This document shows positions 48,276 to 57,590 of a stretch of DNA of 64,000 nt, piece by piece (within the stretch, counting starts at the first letter, position 1; each line of letters starts with the position of its first letter). The DNA is from Candidatus Bathyarchaeia archaeon. GTDB lineage: Archaea; Thermoproteota; Bathyarchaeia; 40CM-2-53-6. Location: contig DASYWW010000062.1 of the NCBI GenBank assembly GCA_035935655.1, positions 203,859-267,858 of the forward strand, given 5' to 3'. The notes beneath the pieces are model-generated. The model was not told the DNA's origin and did not search any database. It saw only the letters and a program-made list of their open reading frames with translations. A program made the position numbers and the translations under genes.

Positions 48276-50148
48276 GCCTGAGATTGAGAAGATCATAGGA
48301 ATAGACCTTGGAACGACGAATTCGGCTGCCGCGATAATGGAAGCTGGACGCCCAGTCGTCATTCCAAGTGCTGAGGGACAGACTGCTGCTGGGAAGATGT
48401 TCCCATCGGTCATCGCGTTCACCAAAGAGGGACAATTGATAGTAGGTGAGCCTGCTAAGAGGCAGGCGGCTACGAACCCTGACGGAACGATTATCGAGAT
48501 CAAGAGGAAGATGGGCACTGACTACAAAGTCCACATCGCCGGGAAAGACTACACTCCACAACAGCTTTCCGCGTTCATCCTCCAAAAGATACGACAAGAC
48601 GCGGAGACATTTCTTGGACGTTCGACGAAGAAGGCAGTAATCACCGTCCCTGCCCACTTCAACGATAACCAGCGACAAGCAACCAAGGACGCTGGAGAAA
48701 TCGCCGGCTTCGAGGTTGCCAGAATAATCAACGAACCCACCGCCGCGTGTCTCGCCTATGGGCTGGACAAGGCAGACAAAGAGATGAAGATCATGGTGTT
48801 CAGCTTCGGCGGCGGAACACACGACGTAACTCTCATGGATTTCGGTGGCGGAGTCTTCCAGGTCCTCGCAACCAGCGGAGACACTCAGACAGGCGGGACA
48901 GACATTGACAATGCGCTCGTCGAGTACTTGCTCACCGAGTTTCAGCGCCAGACAGGCATAAGCCTCCGAAACGACCGCGTGGCCATGACCCGGCTCAAGG
49001 AAGCCGCGGAAAAGGCGAAGATAGAACTCTCCACTCTACTCACAACAGATGTCGATCTGCCCTTCATCTCAACAGACTCCTCCCAACCTAAACATCTCCA
49101 CACGACCGTGACTAGGGCTAAGCTAGAAGAGCTCGCTAATCCTATTGTACGAAGAGTTGAGACCCCGATCAAGAGGACTCTCGACGATGCGAAACTTACG
49201 CCCAAAGACGTGGACAGGATCATACTCATCGGTGGCCAGACCCGCATGCCCCTGGTCCGAAAATTTGTCGAGGACATAATTGGCAAGCAAGCAGAGCGCG
49301 GAGTCGACCCGATGGAGTGCGTCGCCGTGGGCGCAGCAATTCAAGGCGCAGTTCTCGCAGGAGAAGTCAAGGACATACTCCTCCTAGACGTCACACCACT
49401 GTCGCTCGGCGTCGAAACACTGGGAGGCGTCGCCACAAAGATTATGGAGCGAAACACGACCATCCCAACAAAACGCAGTCAGATATTCTCGACAGCAGCC
49501 GACTCCCAAACCACGGTCACTATCCATGTCCTTCAAGGAGAGCGCGCCATGGCCGCGGACAACATCTCCCTAGGAATGTTCAACCTAACAGGAATTCCCC
49601 CAGCTCCGAGAGGCATTCCTCAGATCGAAGTGACCTTCGACATCGACGCTAATGGAATCCTGAATGTGTCCGCGAAGGACCTAGCCACGTCCAAAGAGAA
49701 TAAGATCACAATCGCAGCCTCGACCAAACTCTCGAAAGATCAAAAGGAGAAAATGGTCCATGAAGCCGAGCAGTTCGCGGATCAAGACAAGAAACGAAAG
49801 GAAGAGGTAGAGCTCAGAAACACCGCGGAAAGTATGCTGTACACCGCCGACAAGACAAAAGACGAACTGAAAGACAAGATTACGAAAGAACAGGTCGAAA
49901 CCATCGACAAAGCAGCAGGCGTTCTAAGGGCAGCGTTGTCAGGTAAGGAATTTGACAAGATAAAGTCGGCTAGCGACGATCTTTCACGGATTCTCCAGAA
50001 GATAGGCGCCGAGATCTACCAAAAGGTCACGGCCCAGAAGCCGGGAGAACAAGCCCAACAGGCAGCCACTCCTGAAGCCAATCCGTCTAAGGATGATAAC
50101 GTGGTAGATGCGGAGTTCAGAGAGGTAAAGGACGAAGGCTCTCGGTAG
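48268..50148 (+). CDS. dnaK: Hsp70 chaperone DnaK
   Basis: Hsp70 signatures [18 protein letters not shown]-like [12 protein letters not shown], and IVLVGGQTRMP. Confidence 0.95.
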   Translation: MSKPEIEKIIGIDLGTTNSAAAIMEAGRPVVIPSAEGQTAAGKMFPSVIAFTKEGQLIVGEPAKRQAATNPDGTIIEIKRKMGTDYKVHIAGKDYTPQQLSAFILQKIRQDAETFLGRSTKKAVITVPAHFNDNQRQATKDAGEIAGFEVARIINEPTAACLAYGLDKADKEMKIMVFSFGGGTHDVTLMDFGGGVFQVLATSGDTQTGGTDIDNALVEYLLTEFQRQTGISLRNDRVAMTRLKEAAEKAKIELSTLLTTDVDLPFISTDSSQPKHLHTTVTRAKLEELANPIVRRVETPIKRTLDDAKLTPKDVDRIILIGGQTRMPLVRKFVEDIIGKQAERGVDPMECVAVGAAIQGAVLAGEVKDILLLDVTPLSLGVETLGGVATKIMERNTTIPTKRSQIFSTAADSQTTVTIHVLQGERAMAADNISLGMFNLTGIPPAPRGIPQIEVTFDIDANGILNVSAKDLATSKENKITIAASTKLSKDQKEKMVHEAEQFADQDKKRKEEVELRNTAESMLYTADKTKDELKDKITKEQVETIDKAAGVLRAALSGKEFDKIKSASDDLSRILQKIGAEIYQKVTAQKPGEQAQQAATPEANPSKDDNVVDAEFREVKDEGSR

Positions 50149-50168
50149 AGCGAGATGAATCGGCGAGA

Positions 50169-51284
50169 ATGGAGAAGCGAGACTATTATGACGTGCTCGG
50201 GGTTCCTCGAAACGCGTCTAAAGACGACATAAAGGGCTCCTACCGGAAACTCGCCTTACAATATCACCCAGACAGGAATAAGGCGCCTGAGGCTACTGAG
50301 AAGTTCAAAGAAATCTCAGAAGCCTACGCGATATTGTCGGATGAGGAGAAGCGGAAACAGTACGACCAGTTCGGGCGAGAGGGAATCTACCAGAAATACA
50401 ACACCGAAGATATTTTCCGAGGCGCGGACTTCGATTCCATCTTCAGAGACATGGGTTTCGGAGGTTTCGGAGGCGGGTTCAGCAGTTTTGTGGAACGGAT
50501 TCTCGGCGGATTCGGAGGGTTCCAGAATTTCGAAAGCCCAACCGCCCCGTCCAGAGGCGAGGACCTGCTTTACGATTTACAGATCACTTTCGACGAGGCC
50601 GCGCACGGTGCAACAAGGGAGATAGAGGTTCCGCGGCTGGGAGAGTGCGAGGAATGCAACGGGACCGGAGCCCAGCCCGGAAGCTCAAGGAAGACTTGTA
50701 GCACCTGTCACGGTCGAGGCCAAGTCCAGACAGTGCGTCGAGCGGGGTTCGCCCAGCTTGTCCAGATAACTGCCTGCCCCAAATGTAGAGGAGAGGGAAG
50801 CATAGTTGACAAACCGTGCAAGAACTGTGGAGGAAACGGACTGTCACGAACTAGAACCAAACTCCAAGTGAAGGTTCCCCCCGGAGCCGACGAAGGCCAG
50901 AGCCTCCGCATACGTGGAGAAGGTAATGCTGCTCAGGGAGGTCGGAGTGGAGATCTCTATGTTCGTATAAGATTGAGGCCACACGCAGAGTTCAAGCGTG
51001 AAGGAGACAACATTCTCTACGAAACCAGAGTTAGTTTTCCGAAAGCCGCCCTCGGCGGAGAACTACAAGTGCCCTCAATTGATGGAAAGGCACAGCTAAA
51101 GATCCCGCCCGGAACAAAACCGGGAACAGTGTTTCGCCTAGAAGGCAAGGGCTTCCCTAGAATTGGAGGATGGGGAAGAGGAGATGAGCTTGTGAGAATC
51201 GATGTTGAAATTCCTAGAGATCTCTCTCGTCGTCAGAGAGAACTATTAACTGAGCTCGCCAGAGAACTGGGAGAGAAGCCCTAG
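50169..51284 (+). CDS. dnaJ: Hsp40 co-chaperone DnaJ
   Basis: J-domain with HPD (YHPDRN), a G/F-rich linker, and four CxxCxGxG zinc-finger repeats. Confidence 0.95.
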   Translation: MEKRDYYDVLGVPRNASKDDIKGSYRKLALQYHPDRNKAPEATEKFKEISEAYAILSDEEKRKQYDQFGREGIYQKYNTEDIFRGADFDSIFRDMGFGGFGGGFSSFVERILGGFGGFQNFESPTAPSRGEDLLYDLQITFDEAAHGATREIEVPRLGECEECNGTGAQPGSSRKTCSTCHGRGQVQTVRRAGFAQLVQITACPKCRGEGSIVDKPCKNCGGNGLSRTRTKLQVKVPPGADEGQSLRIRGEGNAAQGGRSGDLYVRIRLRPHAEFKREGDNILYETRVSFPKAALGGELQVPSIDGKAQLKIPPGTKPGTVFRLEGKGFPRIGGWGRGDELVRIDVEIPRDLSRRQRELLTELARELGEKP

Positions 51285-51290
51285 ATGGAG

Positions 51291-51791
51291 TCATTTTTTC
51301 TCTTCTGAAGCCCGAGGCGGAGAAACGGGAAGAGTAACGATAGCGGTACTCATAGTCTCCTGGGCAGATTGAGCCGTGGTGACTACTGCATCGGCAACTT
51401 GCGGAGCAGACGTCTGCGCTTCGATTGAAGGAAGGCTTGCTAACATTTTTCCGACTGAGCCTCTAATCTTTGGAGCAACGGATTCTAGTTTCACTTTTGC
51501 CTCTCGTAGGTTCTTGTAGAGTGTCGCCGCGGCAGCAGTCCCTGCCAGCCCGATTCCGAGGCCGAGTGCGATCGTGTAGGTTGTGAAATGCTCGATAAAG
51601 ATACTGTTCGCGTAGATCCGGAAGTAGACGTTGTAAACGTACTCGTTTGAGAGCCAGAATGCGAAGAAGGCGATGACGATTGCTTCGATGATCATGAAGG
51701 CTTTAACAGAATCCGGCGTAACAGACTTCTGAACGGTCTTGCTGGGAGCCATCTTTTCCGCCAGACTCTCCTGCAAGAGGGACGCTGGCAC
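51291..51791 (-). CDS. Hypothetical membrane protein (166 aa)
   Basis: ORF with 2-3 hydrophobic helices. Confidence 0.4.
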   Translation of the reverse strand: MPASLLQESLAEKMAPSKTVQKSVTPDSVKAFMIIEAIVIAFFAFWLSNEYVYNVYFRIYANSIFIEHFTTYTIALGLGIGLAGTAAAATLYKNLREAKVKLESVAPKIRGSVGKMLASLPSIEAQTSAPQVADAVVTTAQSAQETMSTAIVTLPVSPPRASEEKK

Positions 51792-51892
51792 TGCTGGATT
51801 TGTGGAGATTGTATCTTAGATTGAAGAACGAGGGGTGTCGATCAAGAGATTTCGAAAACCCCACGCTTGCAGGAGGTCATAGTTGGATTGGC

Positions 51893-51900
51893 TTTAAGAA
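51893..51900 (+). promoter_or_regulatory. TATA-box-like element (TTTAAGAA) about 25-30 bp upstream of the tRNA 5' end
   Basis: Position and AT-rich octamer are consistent with an archaeal tRNA promoter. Confidence 0.4.
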
Positions 51901-51924
51901 CGGAGAAAGCCTCGTGAGGCCCAA

Positions 51925-52086
51925 GCGGGGGTTCCCGAGACCACTATGGGTTCCTGTCCTGTAGGGCGGGATTCAGGTCAAAGGGGCAGGACCGCTCGTG
52001 TAGAGCGGTGCTTGACTTAAGATCCGGCTTCAGGAGAGATCCTGTGGCGTAGGCCTTCGTGGGTTCGAATCCCACCCCCCGCACCA
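51925..52086 (+). tRNA. tRNA-Leu (anticodon UAA candidate), intron-containing: about 162 nt for a mature length of about 87 nt, with genomically encoded CCA
   Basis: Perfect 7-bp acceptor stem GCGGGGG/CCCCCGC. T-arm GTGGG-TTCGAAT-CCCAC. Long variable arm GGC-GTAG-GCC (class II). Discriminator A followed by CCA. The 5' end GCGGGGGTTCCCGAG resembles archaeal tRNA-Leu. Anticodon loop candidate CTTAAGA at 52016-52022. The D and anticodon regions are interrupted, so the exon/intron boundaries are not resolved. Confidence 0.6.
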
Positions 52087-52113
52087 GAACAAACCTCTGT
52101 CTTGGATTGTTTT

Positions 52114-52485
52114 CTAGTTCGATCCTATCTCGGAGGCTCTGACTGCGTCGAAATCGACCGGGTTAGTGGGAATCGGAACTTGGAAGCTTTCGGGTAAGTC
52201 CCCCTTTCCCAAGCACCGGAACTCTACGTGGTGGCACTTTGGACATTTCAAATCATTGCGTAACTGTCCCGGTTCACTCTTTTCGTCCCGCCAGATCTTG
52301 TATCCGCAACCTGGACGAGTGCACTCGTAAACGTATGTGATGTCCTCTTGCTTAGGAGAGGCTCTCTTTTTGGGATGAGAGCCACCCTTCGCCGAAGCCT
52401 TGTGGCGATGAGAGATCTTTCGGGGTTTTGTTACGTGTTTGGATTTTGTTCTTCTCTTGGAGCTCGTTCGACGAACTGCGGGCAT
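52114..52485 (-). CDS. Basic small protein with a Lys/Arg-rich N-terminal tail and a C-terminal zinc ribbon (123 aa)
   Basis: RRTSSKRRTKSKHVTKPRKISHRHKASAKGGSHPKKRASPK, then CTRPGCGY...CPKCHH. Confidence 0.4.
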   Translation of the reverse strand: MPAVRRTSSKRRTKSKHVTKPRKISHRHKASAKGGSHPKKRASPKQEDITYVYECTRPGCGYKIWRDEKSEPGQLRNDLKCPKCHHVEFRCLGKGDLPESFQVPIPTNPVDFDAVRASEIGSN

Positions 52486-52589
52486 GATCTATCGCTAGGT
52501 TAACACGCCCGTCCAAGTTAGAGGGTAGTGTTACTGTTCCCCTCTGATATGAGGGCACAATAGCTGGCCGGTGGATGAAACTGGTCGTT

Positions 52590-53699
52590 CTATTCTACTT
52601 TGACGACCATTTCCTCTGCGTATCCTGTGATTACTCGCCGGTAACCTCGGAGAAGTCGATCCATCTCCTCATCACCCGAGTCAGTGAGAAGACGTCTCGG
52701 ATACAGGGCTTCGATCTTGCTTCTCGATCCAACCACCATAATGTTCTCAACACCTGCCCTGCGGATTACTTCTGGGCTAATCTGTTGGTTTCCCCGTCCG
52801 AACAAGTAGCCCTGTCCACCAATCGGGGAAATCACGATCTTCGTAGAACTCTGGTTGACTAGGCTCAGCAAGGATGTCTCGTTCATGTCCTGCCCTAATA
52901 GCTTCCCATTTCCCCGCGCCGCGTCAACTCCAAGAAGCGTCTTCTTGACTCCCAAACGCCTGGCGATACGTTCCACCGTTGAACCGGGACCTAGAATGTA
53001 GGTGCTGTCTGGTTCGATCTCTTCTACGAAGTATTCAGCGATCGCGTCCAATTCGGCATCTTCGGACAATCCCGTAGCCGATTTCGATCCTTGCATCAGA
53101 GGCCCCGTGTCGGGAGTTGTAAGATATCCGAACAGTTTGACCGACAACCGATCTTTTCTGAACGCTGCTTCGTCTACATCAACGACTTCACCCAATCTCT
53201 TTGGAGTTTTACCTTCAAGGAACGCGACTGTAGATTCCGCGGCGGCGGTAGGATTGATAGCGAAGACTGACGAGTAGATTTTGACCCCGGTTGGAACACC
53301 TAGAACCGGAGTGTCTTGGCTGACTCCCTTCAGCACATCTCGCGCTGTTCCGTCACCGCCGCAAAAGACGATCAAGTTTGTTCCTTTCTTTCTCATTTGA
53401 CGTGTGATTCGAATGCTATCATCGTAGTCAGTTGTTCTTCCAATTTGTCCGATTGGTTTATGCTCGAGTTTCAGTTGGTTTGCGACGGTTTCTCCCATGC
53501 TTCCAGGAGCGACCAGGAATTCGATCCGGCTGTTTCGTCGTTGTATCTCTTCCAGGAATCTCAAGCCTTTCTCGGGAGACACGGGTCTGGCGCCTTTTCG
53601 TATTGCCTCACGCAGTGTTTTCTTTCCGTCAGTACCCTTGAGCCCTACTGCTCCTCCCATTCCGGCGATCGGGTTGACGAGAAAGCCTACTTTGTGCAC
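52590..53699 (-). CDS. ATP-NAD kinase/diacylglycerol-kinase-fold protein (archaeal 'predicted polyphosphate/ATP-NAD kinase' family)
   Basis: GGDGT motif (LIVFCGGDGTARDVL) and N-terminal VNPIAGMGG glycine-rich motif. About 370 aa, as in the archaeal family. Confidence 0.55.
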   Translation of the reverse strand: MHKVGFLVNPIAGMGGAVGLKGTDGKKTLREAIRKGARPVSPEKGLRFLEEIQRRNSRIEFLVAPGSMGETVANQLKLEHKPIGQIGRTTDYDDSIRITRQMRKKGTNLIVFCGGDGTARDVLKGVSQDTPVLGVPTGVKIYSSVFAINPTAAAESTVAFLEGKTPKRLGEVVDVDEAAFRKDRLSVKLFGYLTTPDTGPLMQGSKSATGLSEDAELDAIAEYFVEEIEPDSTYILGPGSTVERIARRLGVKKTLLGVDAARGNGKLLGQDMNETSLLSLVNQSSTKIVISPIGGQGYLFGRGNQQISPEVIRRAGVENIMVVGSRSKIEALYPRRLLTDSGDEEMDRLLRGYRRVITGYAEEMVVKVE

Positions 53700-53710
53700 G
53701 TCGTTCCGGC

Positions 53711-56700
53711 TCAGGCGTTGCTAACGTTCGTTTTCTTTAACAGTAGGCCCATTTGAAACGTCTGACCTTCTATGTCCCAGTTTTCTTCGGCGTTGGCTTT
53801 TGGTTTTTCTTGGTCGGGACGTAAGAGGTGGAGTGCGTCTGCTCTGACTTCTTCCATGAGGTAATCTCGCTCGTCTTCCATCCATTCCAGCTTTTGTGCG
53901 TCAGGGATGGTCACGTAGGCTTCGACGAAGGCGTCGACCGGGAGGTCAAGTCGTTTCCTCATTTCTTGTAATCGTCTGACGATTTCCCGAACGAGGCCCT
54001 CTCTCATCAGTTCCTTTGGAATGGTTAGATCTATGTAGACCCGGCCATCTTCGAAACTTCCCATTGCAAAGTTCTCTGGCATTTCCTCTTTGAATGAGAC
54101 CATCTGATCGGTAATTGTGTAGTCTCGATCGTCAACTTTCAACGGGTAGGATTTGTTGTTTTGAAACGCTTGAAAGAGCTGGCGTCCGTCTGCAGATCGT
54201 AGTGCTTCCGCGACTTTGTTGGCATCTCCCTTGAAAACGGGTCCGAGTCCTTTGAAGTTCGGTTCAGCTATCAGCCTCTTCAGTTGCTCTTCCTCAGCGT
54301 GGCCGACGAGTTGGATGTCTTTCGAGTTTGTCTGTTGTAGGAATAGTGGTCGGAGGCTCTTGACCGCCCGCGTTACCTTGGCGCTATTGGTAACGATAAG
54401 GATCTTGGCGACTGGTTGGCGTAATTTTAGCTTCTTCGATTGCCTGGCCGATGATGATGCAGCCGAGACCTGTTGCACTATCTCCATGTTCCCCTCTAGC
54501 CTCTTGTTAATCCACCTTGGACTAGAGTTTGGCCAAGAGGACATGTGAATGCTCTCTAGGTCAGACTTAGCAGTTCTGCGAAAGGCTTGCTGGTAGACTT
54601 TCTCGGTGAAGAGTGGGATGAACGGGGATGATAGGATTAGCCATGTCTTCAGCGCGTAGTGGAGGGCCGCGTAAGAGGCAAGCTTGTCCTTGTTTTGTTT
54701 CTCTTGCCAGAACCTTCGTCTTACGAGGCGAATGTACCAGTGACTCAAGTCGTCTATGGCGAATGCTCTCAGTTTACGCAGGGCAAGATGCAGTTCGAGA
54801 CCTTGCATGTTGCCCGTCACATCCTTCAGCAAGCTTTCGCTGCGGGAGACCAGCCATTTGTCTTCTGGCCTCAGATTTGTCCAAGCTCTTCTAACAGACC
54901 ACAAATCCGGCTTGAACTTGTCGAGATGCATGTAGAGAGTTGCGAACGAGAGGACATTCCAGGCAATCTGGAGATCTTTTGCTGCAACTTCAACGGCGTT
55001 CCAAGAGAACTGGAAGTCCTCCCAGAGAGTTGACTGAACAGTATAGAATCGAAGGGCATCACGGCCATACTTGGCTACAACATCACCTGGGCTGACGAAG
55101 TTACCCTTTGACTTGCTCATTTTTTCCCCCTCTTGATCCAAGGTATGTCCATGCATCAGCACCGTTCGGTATGGGCTTCGGTTGAAAGCAACTATGCTTG
55201 GAACTAGCTGGTTGTAGAACCAGCCTCTTGTCTGATCATGTGCTTCGAGGATAAGATCCGCGGGCCACCACCGTTTCAACTCAATAGAGTTCCTTGGATA
55301 GCCGAGACTAGCCCAGGATGCGGTGCCCGAGTCCATCCAGACGTCGAGAATGTCCGGTTCTCTTTTTGCATTTCCTCCGCAGGATTTGCACTTGACCTGT
55401 ATTTTGTCGACTCCGTTCCTGTGTAGCTCGAACTGTTTGGGTGCGTGCAGAGCGAGTTTGACGAGTTCTGCTTTCGACCCAACTACGGTATGCTCCCCGC
55501 ACTGCTCACAGGTCCAAACTGGAAGTGGGACGCCCCAGTAGCGTTGACGTGATATTACCCAGTCCCTGGCGCCCTCCAACCAGTCGTGGAACCTCTTCGA
55601 CCCGGCCCATTCGGGCACCCACCGGACTTTCTCGTTCTCAGCGAGCATTTTTTTCTTGATTGAAGTGACTTTGACAAACCACTGGTCGGTCGCTCTGAGG
55701 ATGAGGGCTGTCTTGCATCTCCAGCAGTGAGGATACGAGTGCTCTATCGTTTCCTCCTTCCAAAGAAGATTCTTCGCCCGGAGATCCTCGATGATCACCC
55801 TGTTTGCGTCTCTAACCGATAGCCCTGCGTACTTCCCCGCTTCCTTCGTGAAACGACCCGAGGGGTCTACTGGTGAGAAGGCTGGTAGTCCGTATTTTGT
55901 GCCAACTTCGAAGTCCTCTTCTCCGTGCCCTGGGGCAGTGTGGACGGCGCCGGTTCCGTCGGACATTGACACATGTTCCCCGCTGAGTAGGATTTGATGT
56001 CGGTCTGCACCGATTTGGACTTGAGTCTCTTCCTGGAGTGGTGGACGATACTGAACGCCTTCCAGTTCTCGTCCCAGATACTCTTCCAGAATCTTGTAGC
56101 CTCGCACTCCTAGGACTTGTTCAAGCCTCTCTTTGGCGAGTATGAGCTTGTCTCCCTCAACATCGACTAGGACGTAGGTCTTGTCTGGGTGAACCATCAC
56201 GCCGAGGTTTGCTGGCAGTGTCCAGGGGGTTGTTGTCCAGATGAGTATGAACGCTCCCGGTTTGTCGACTAGCGGGAGTTTCACATAGATCGAATAGTCT
56301 TGAACGGATCTGTACTCGTCTGTGACCTCGTATCCTGCGAGGGCTGTCTCGCAACGCGGGCACCAGTGGACCACTTTCAAAGCCTTGTAGAGAAGACGTT
56401 TCTCTTGGGCTCTCTTGATCGTCCACCAGACAGATTCGATGTAGTCATCCCTGTATGTCAAGTAGGGGTTGTCCCAGTCCATCCAGATTCCGAGGTCTTT
56501 CAGGACCCCGGTTTGGGCTTGGACGTTTTCTTCCGCGAACTTTTTGCATACGGCGATGAATCGGTCTACTCCCACAACGTTCTCGATGTCCTTTTTCGAG
56601 GTTAGCTTCAACGATTTTTCGATGAGCACTTCAACAGGGAGACCGTGGCAGTCATAGCCCGGCTGATCGTGGACATTGTAGCCTCGCATCCTATGGTACC

Positions 56701-56920
56701 TGATCACGATATCTTTGAGTGTCTTGTTCCACGCAAGTCCTACATGGGGAGCGTTGGTTACGTATGGTGGACCGTCGAGAAAGTAGAATTTGGGCCGTTT
56801 GGCGAGTTTCTTCTTGGTCTTTTGATAAGTCCGGTTAGTACTCCACCAGTTGAGCGTTTCCTGCTCGGTCCGGTGAGGATCGTATTCCCTGGTGAGTTTC
56901 CCCACAATTCCAGGAGTCAT
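53711..56920 (-). CDS. ileS: Isoleucyl-tRNA synthetase (archaeal/eukaryote-like long form, 1069 aa)
   Basis: Class I signatures: HIGH-region variant (PPYVTNAPHVGLAW) and KMSKS (KMSKSKGN). CP1 editing domain. C-terminal zinc-binding Cys pairs (CEQCGEH...CKSCGG). Confidence 0.95.
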   Translation of the reverse strand: MTPGIVGKLTREYDPHRTEQETLNWWSTNRTYQKTKKKLAKRPKFYFLDGPPYVTNAPHVGLAWNKTLKDIVIRYHRMRGYNVHDQPGYDCHGLPVEVLIEKSLKLTSKKDIENVVGVDRFIAVCKKFAEENVQAQTGVLKDLGIWMDWDNPYLTYRDDYIESVWWTIKRAQEKRLLYKALKVVHWCPRCETALAGYEVTDEYRSVQDYSIYVKLPLVDKPGAFILIWTTTPWTLPANLGVMVHPDKTYVLVDVEGDKLILAKERLEQVLGVRGYKILEEYLGRELEGVQYRPPLQEETQVQIGADRHQILLSGEHVSMSDGTGAVHTAPGHGEEDFEVGTKYGLPAFSPVDPSGRFTKEAGKYAGLSVRDANRVIIEDLRAKNLLWKEETIEHSYPHCWRCKTALILRATDQWFVKVTSIKKKMLAENEKVRWVPEWAGSKRFHDWLEGARDWVISRQRYWGVPLPVWTCEQCGEHTVVGSKAELVKLALHAPKQFELHRNGVDKIQVKCKSCGGNAKREPDILDVWMDSGTASWASLGYPRNSIELKRWWPADLILEAHDQTRGWFYNQLVPSIVAFNRSPYRTVLMHGHTLDQEGEKMSKSKGNFVSPGDVVAKYGRDALRFYTVQSTLWEDFQFSWNAVEVAAKDLQIAWNVLSFATLYMHLDKFKPDLWSVRRAWTNLRPEDKWLVSRSESLLKDVTGNMQGLELHLALRKLRAFAIDDLSHWYIRLVRRRFWQEKQNKDKLASYAALHYALKTWLILSSPFIPLFTEKVYQQAFRRTAKSDLESIHMSSWPNSSPRWINKRLEGNMEIVQQVSAASSSARQSKKLKLRQPVAKILIVTNSAKVTRAVKSLRPLFLQQTNSKDIQLVGHAEEEQLKRLIAEPNFKGLGPVFKGDANKVAEALRSADGRQLFQAFQNNKSYPLKVDDRDYTITDQMVSFKEEMPENFAMGSFEDGRVYIDLTIPKELMREGLVREIVRRLQEMRKRLDLPVDAFVEAYVTIPDAQKLEWMEDERDYLMEEVRADALHLLRPDQEKPKANAEENWDIEGQTFQMGLLLKKTNVSNA

Positions 56921-57032
56921 TAGCTGACACCCAAACTAGTTGTCTTCGTTGAATCGAAGGTCTCCGACCTCGAAGCGTCAGTCTCTATCATCATCTTAAA
57001 AACAATCGGATTCAGCTCTTCATCAGTCTATC

Positions 57033-57488
57033 TTGTCGCGTCTGCAGGCTGACTGCTGGATGTGCCAAGGTATCCTCGAGCCCAAGAATCTTGTCTTTTA
57101 TCAGTCTAGGGTCTCGGTTGCGAAGCTGAATCCGGATCAGGCCTTCGAGGGGTATTCCTTTCTGACACTAAAGTGGCACGAAGAGGAACTCTACAAGCTC
57201 GCCAACAAGGATCGTAAGCAGTTTCTGGAAGATATGTCGCTCGTTGCAAACGCGCTCTCGAAGGCTTTCAAGCCTGACAAGATGAATTACGAGCTGCTCG
57301 GAAATGCAATGCCACATCTCCACTGGCACCTGATCCCAAGATACACGTCGGACCCTATGTGGGGGCGTCCGATCTGGGCTGGCAGTCGCCGTCGGAAGAG
57401 GTTGAGTGGGGAAGAATACGAGTTGTTAACGAAGAGGGTCGAAATGGCTCTTTCGACTCTCAAGAGAAGAACCACGGCAAGTGACTAG
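57033..57488 (+). CDS. HIT (histidine-triad) family hydrolase
   Basis: HxHxHxx motif (MPHLHWHLIPRY) and an N-terminal CxxC. Confidence 0.7.
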   Translation: MSRLQADCWMCQGILEPKNLVFYQSRVSVAKLNPDQAFEGYSFLTLKWHEEELYKLANKDRKQFLEDMSLVANALSKAFKPDKMNYELLGNAMPHLHWHLIPRYTSDPMWGRPIWAGSRRRKRLSGEEYELLTKRVEMALSTLKRRTTASD

Positions 57489-57590
57489 TCGAGTAACAAT
57501 AGCCAACGCCACTCAGTTACGTCATCTTGAAACCTCCGCAATCTCCCAGACACACTCTCACGAACACACGTAGGGCCAAGAAAGGGTAAC

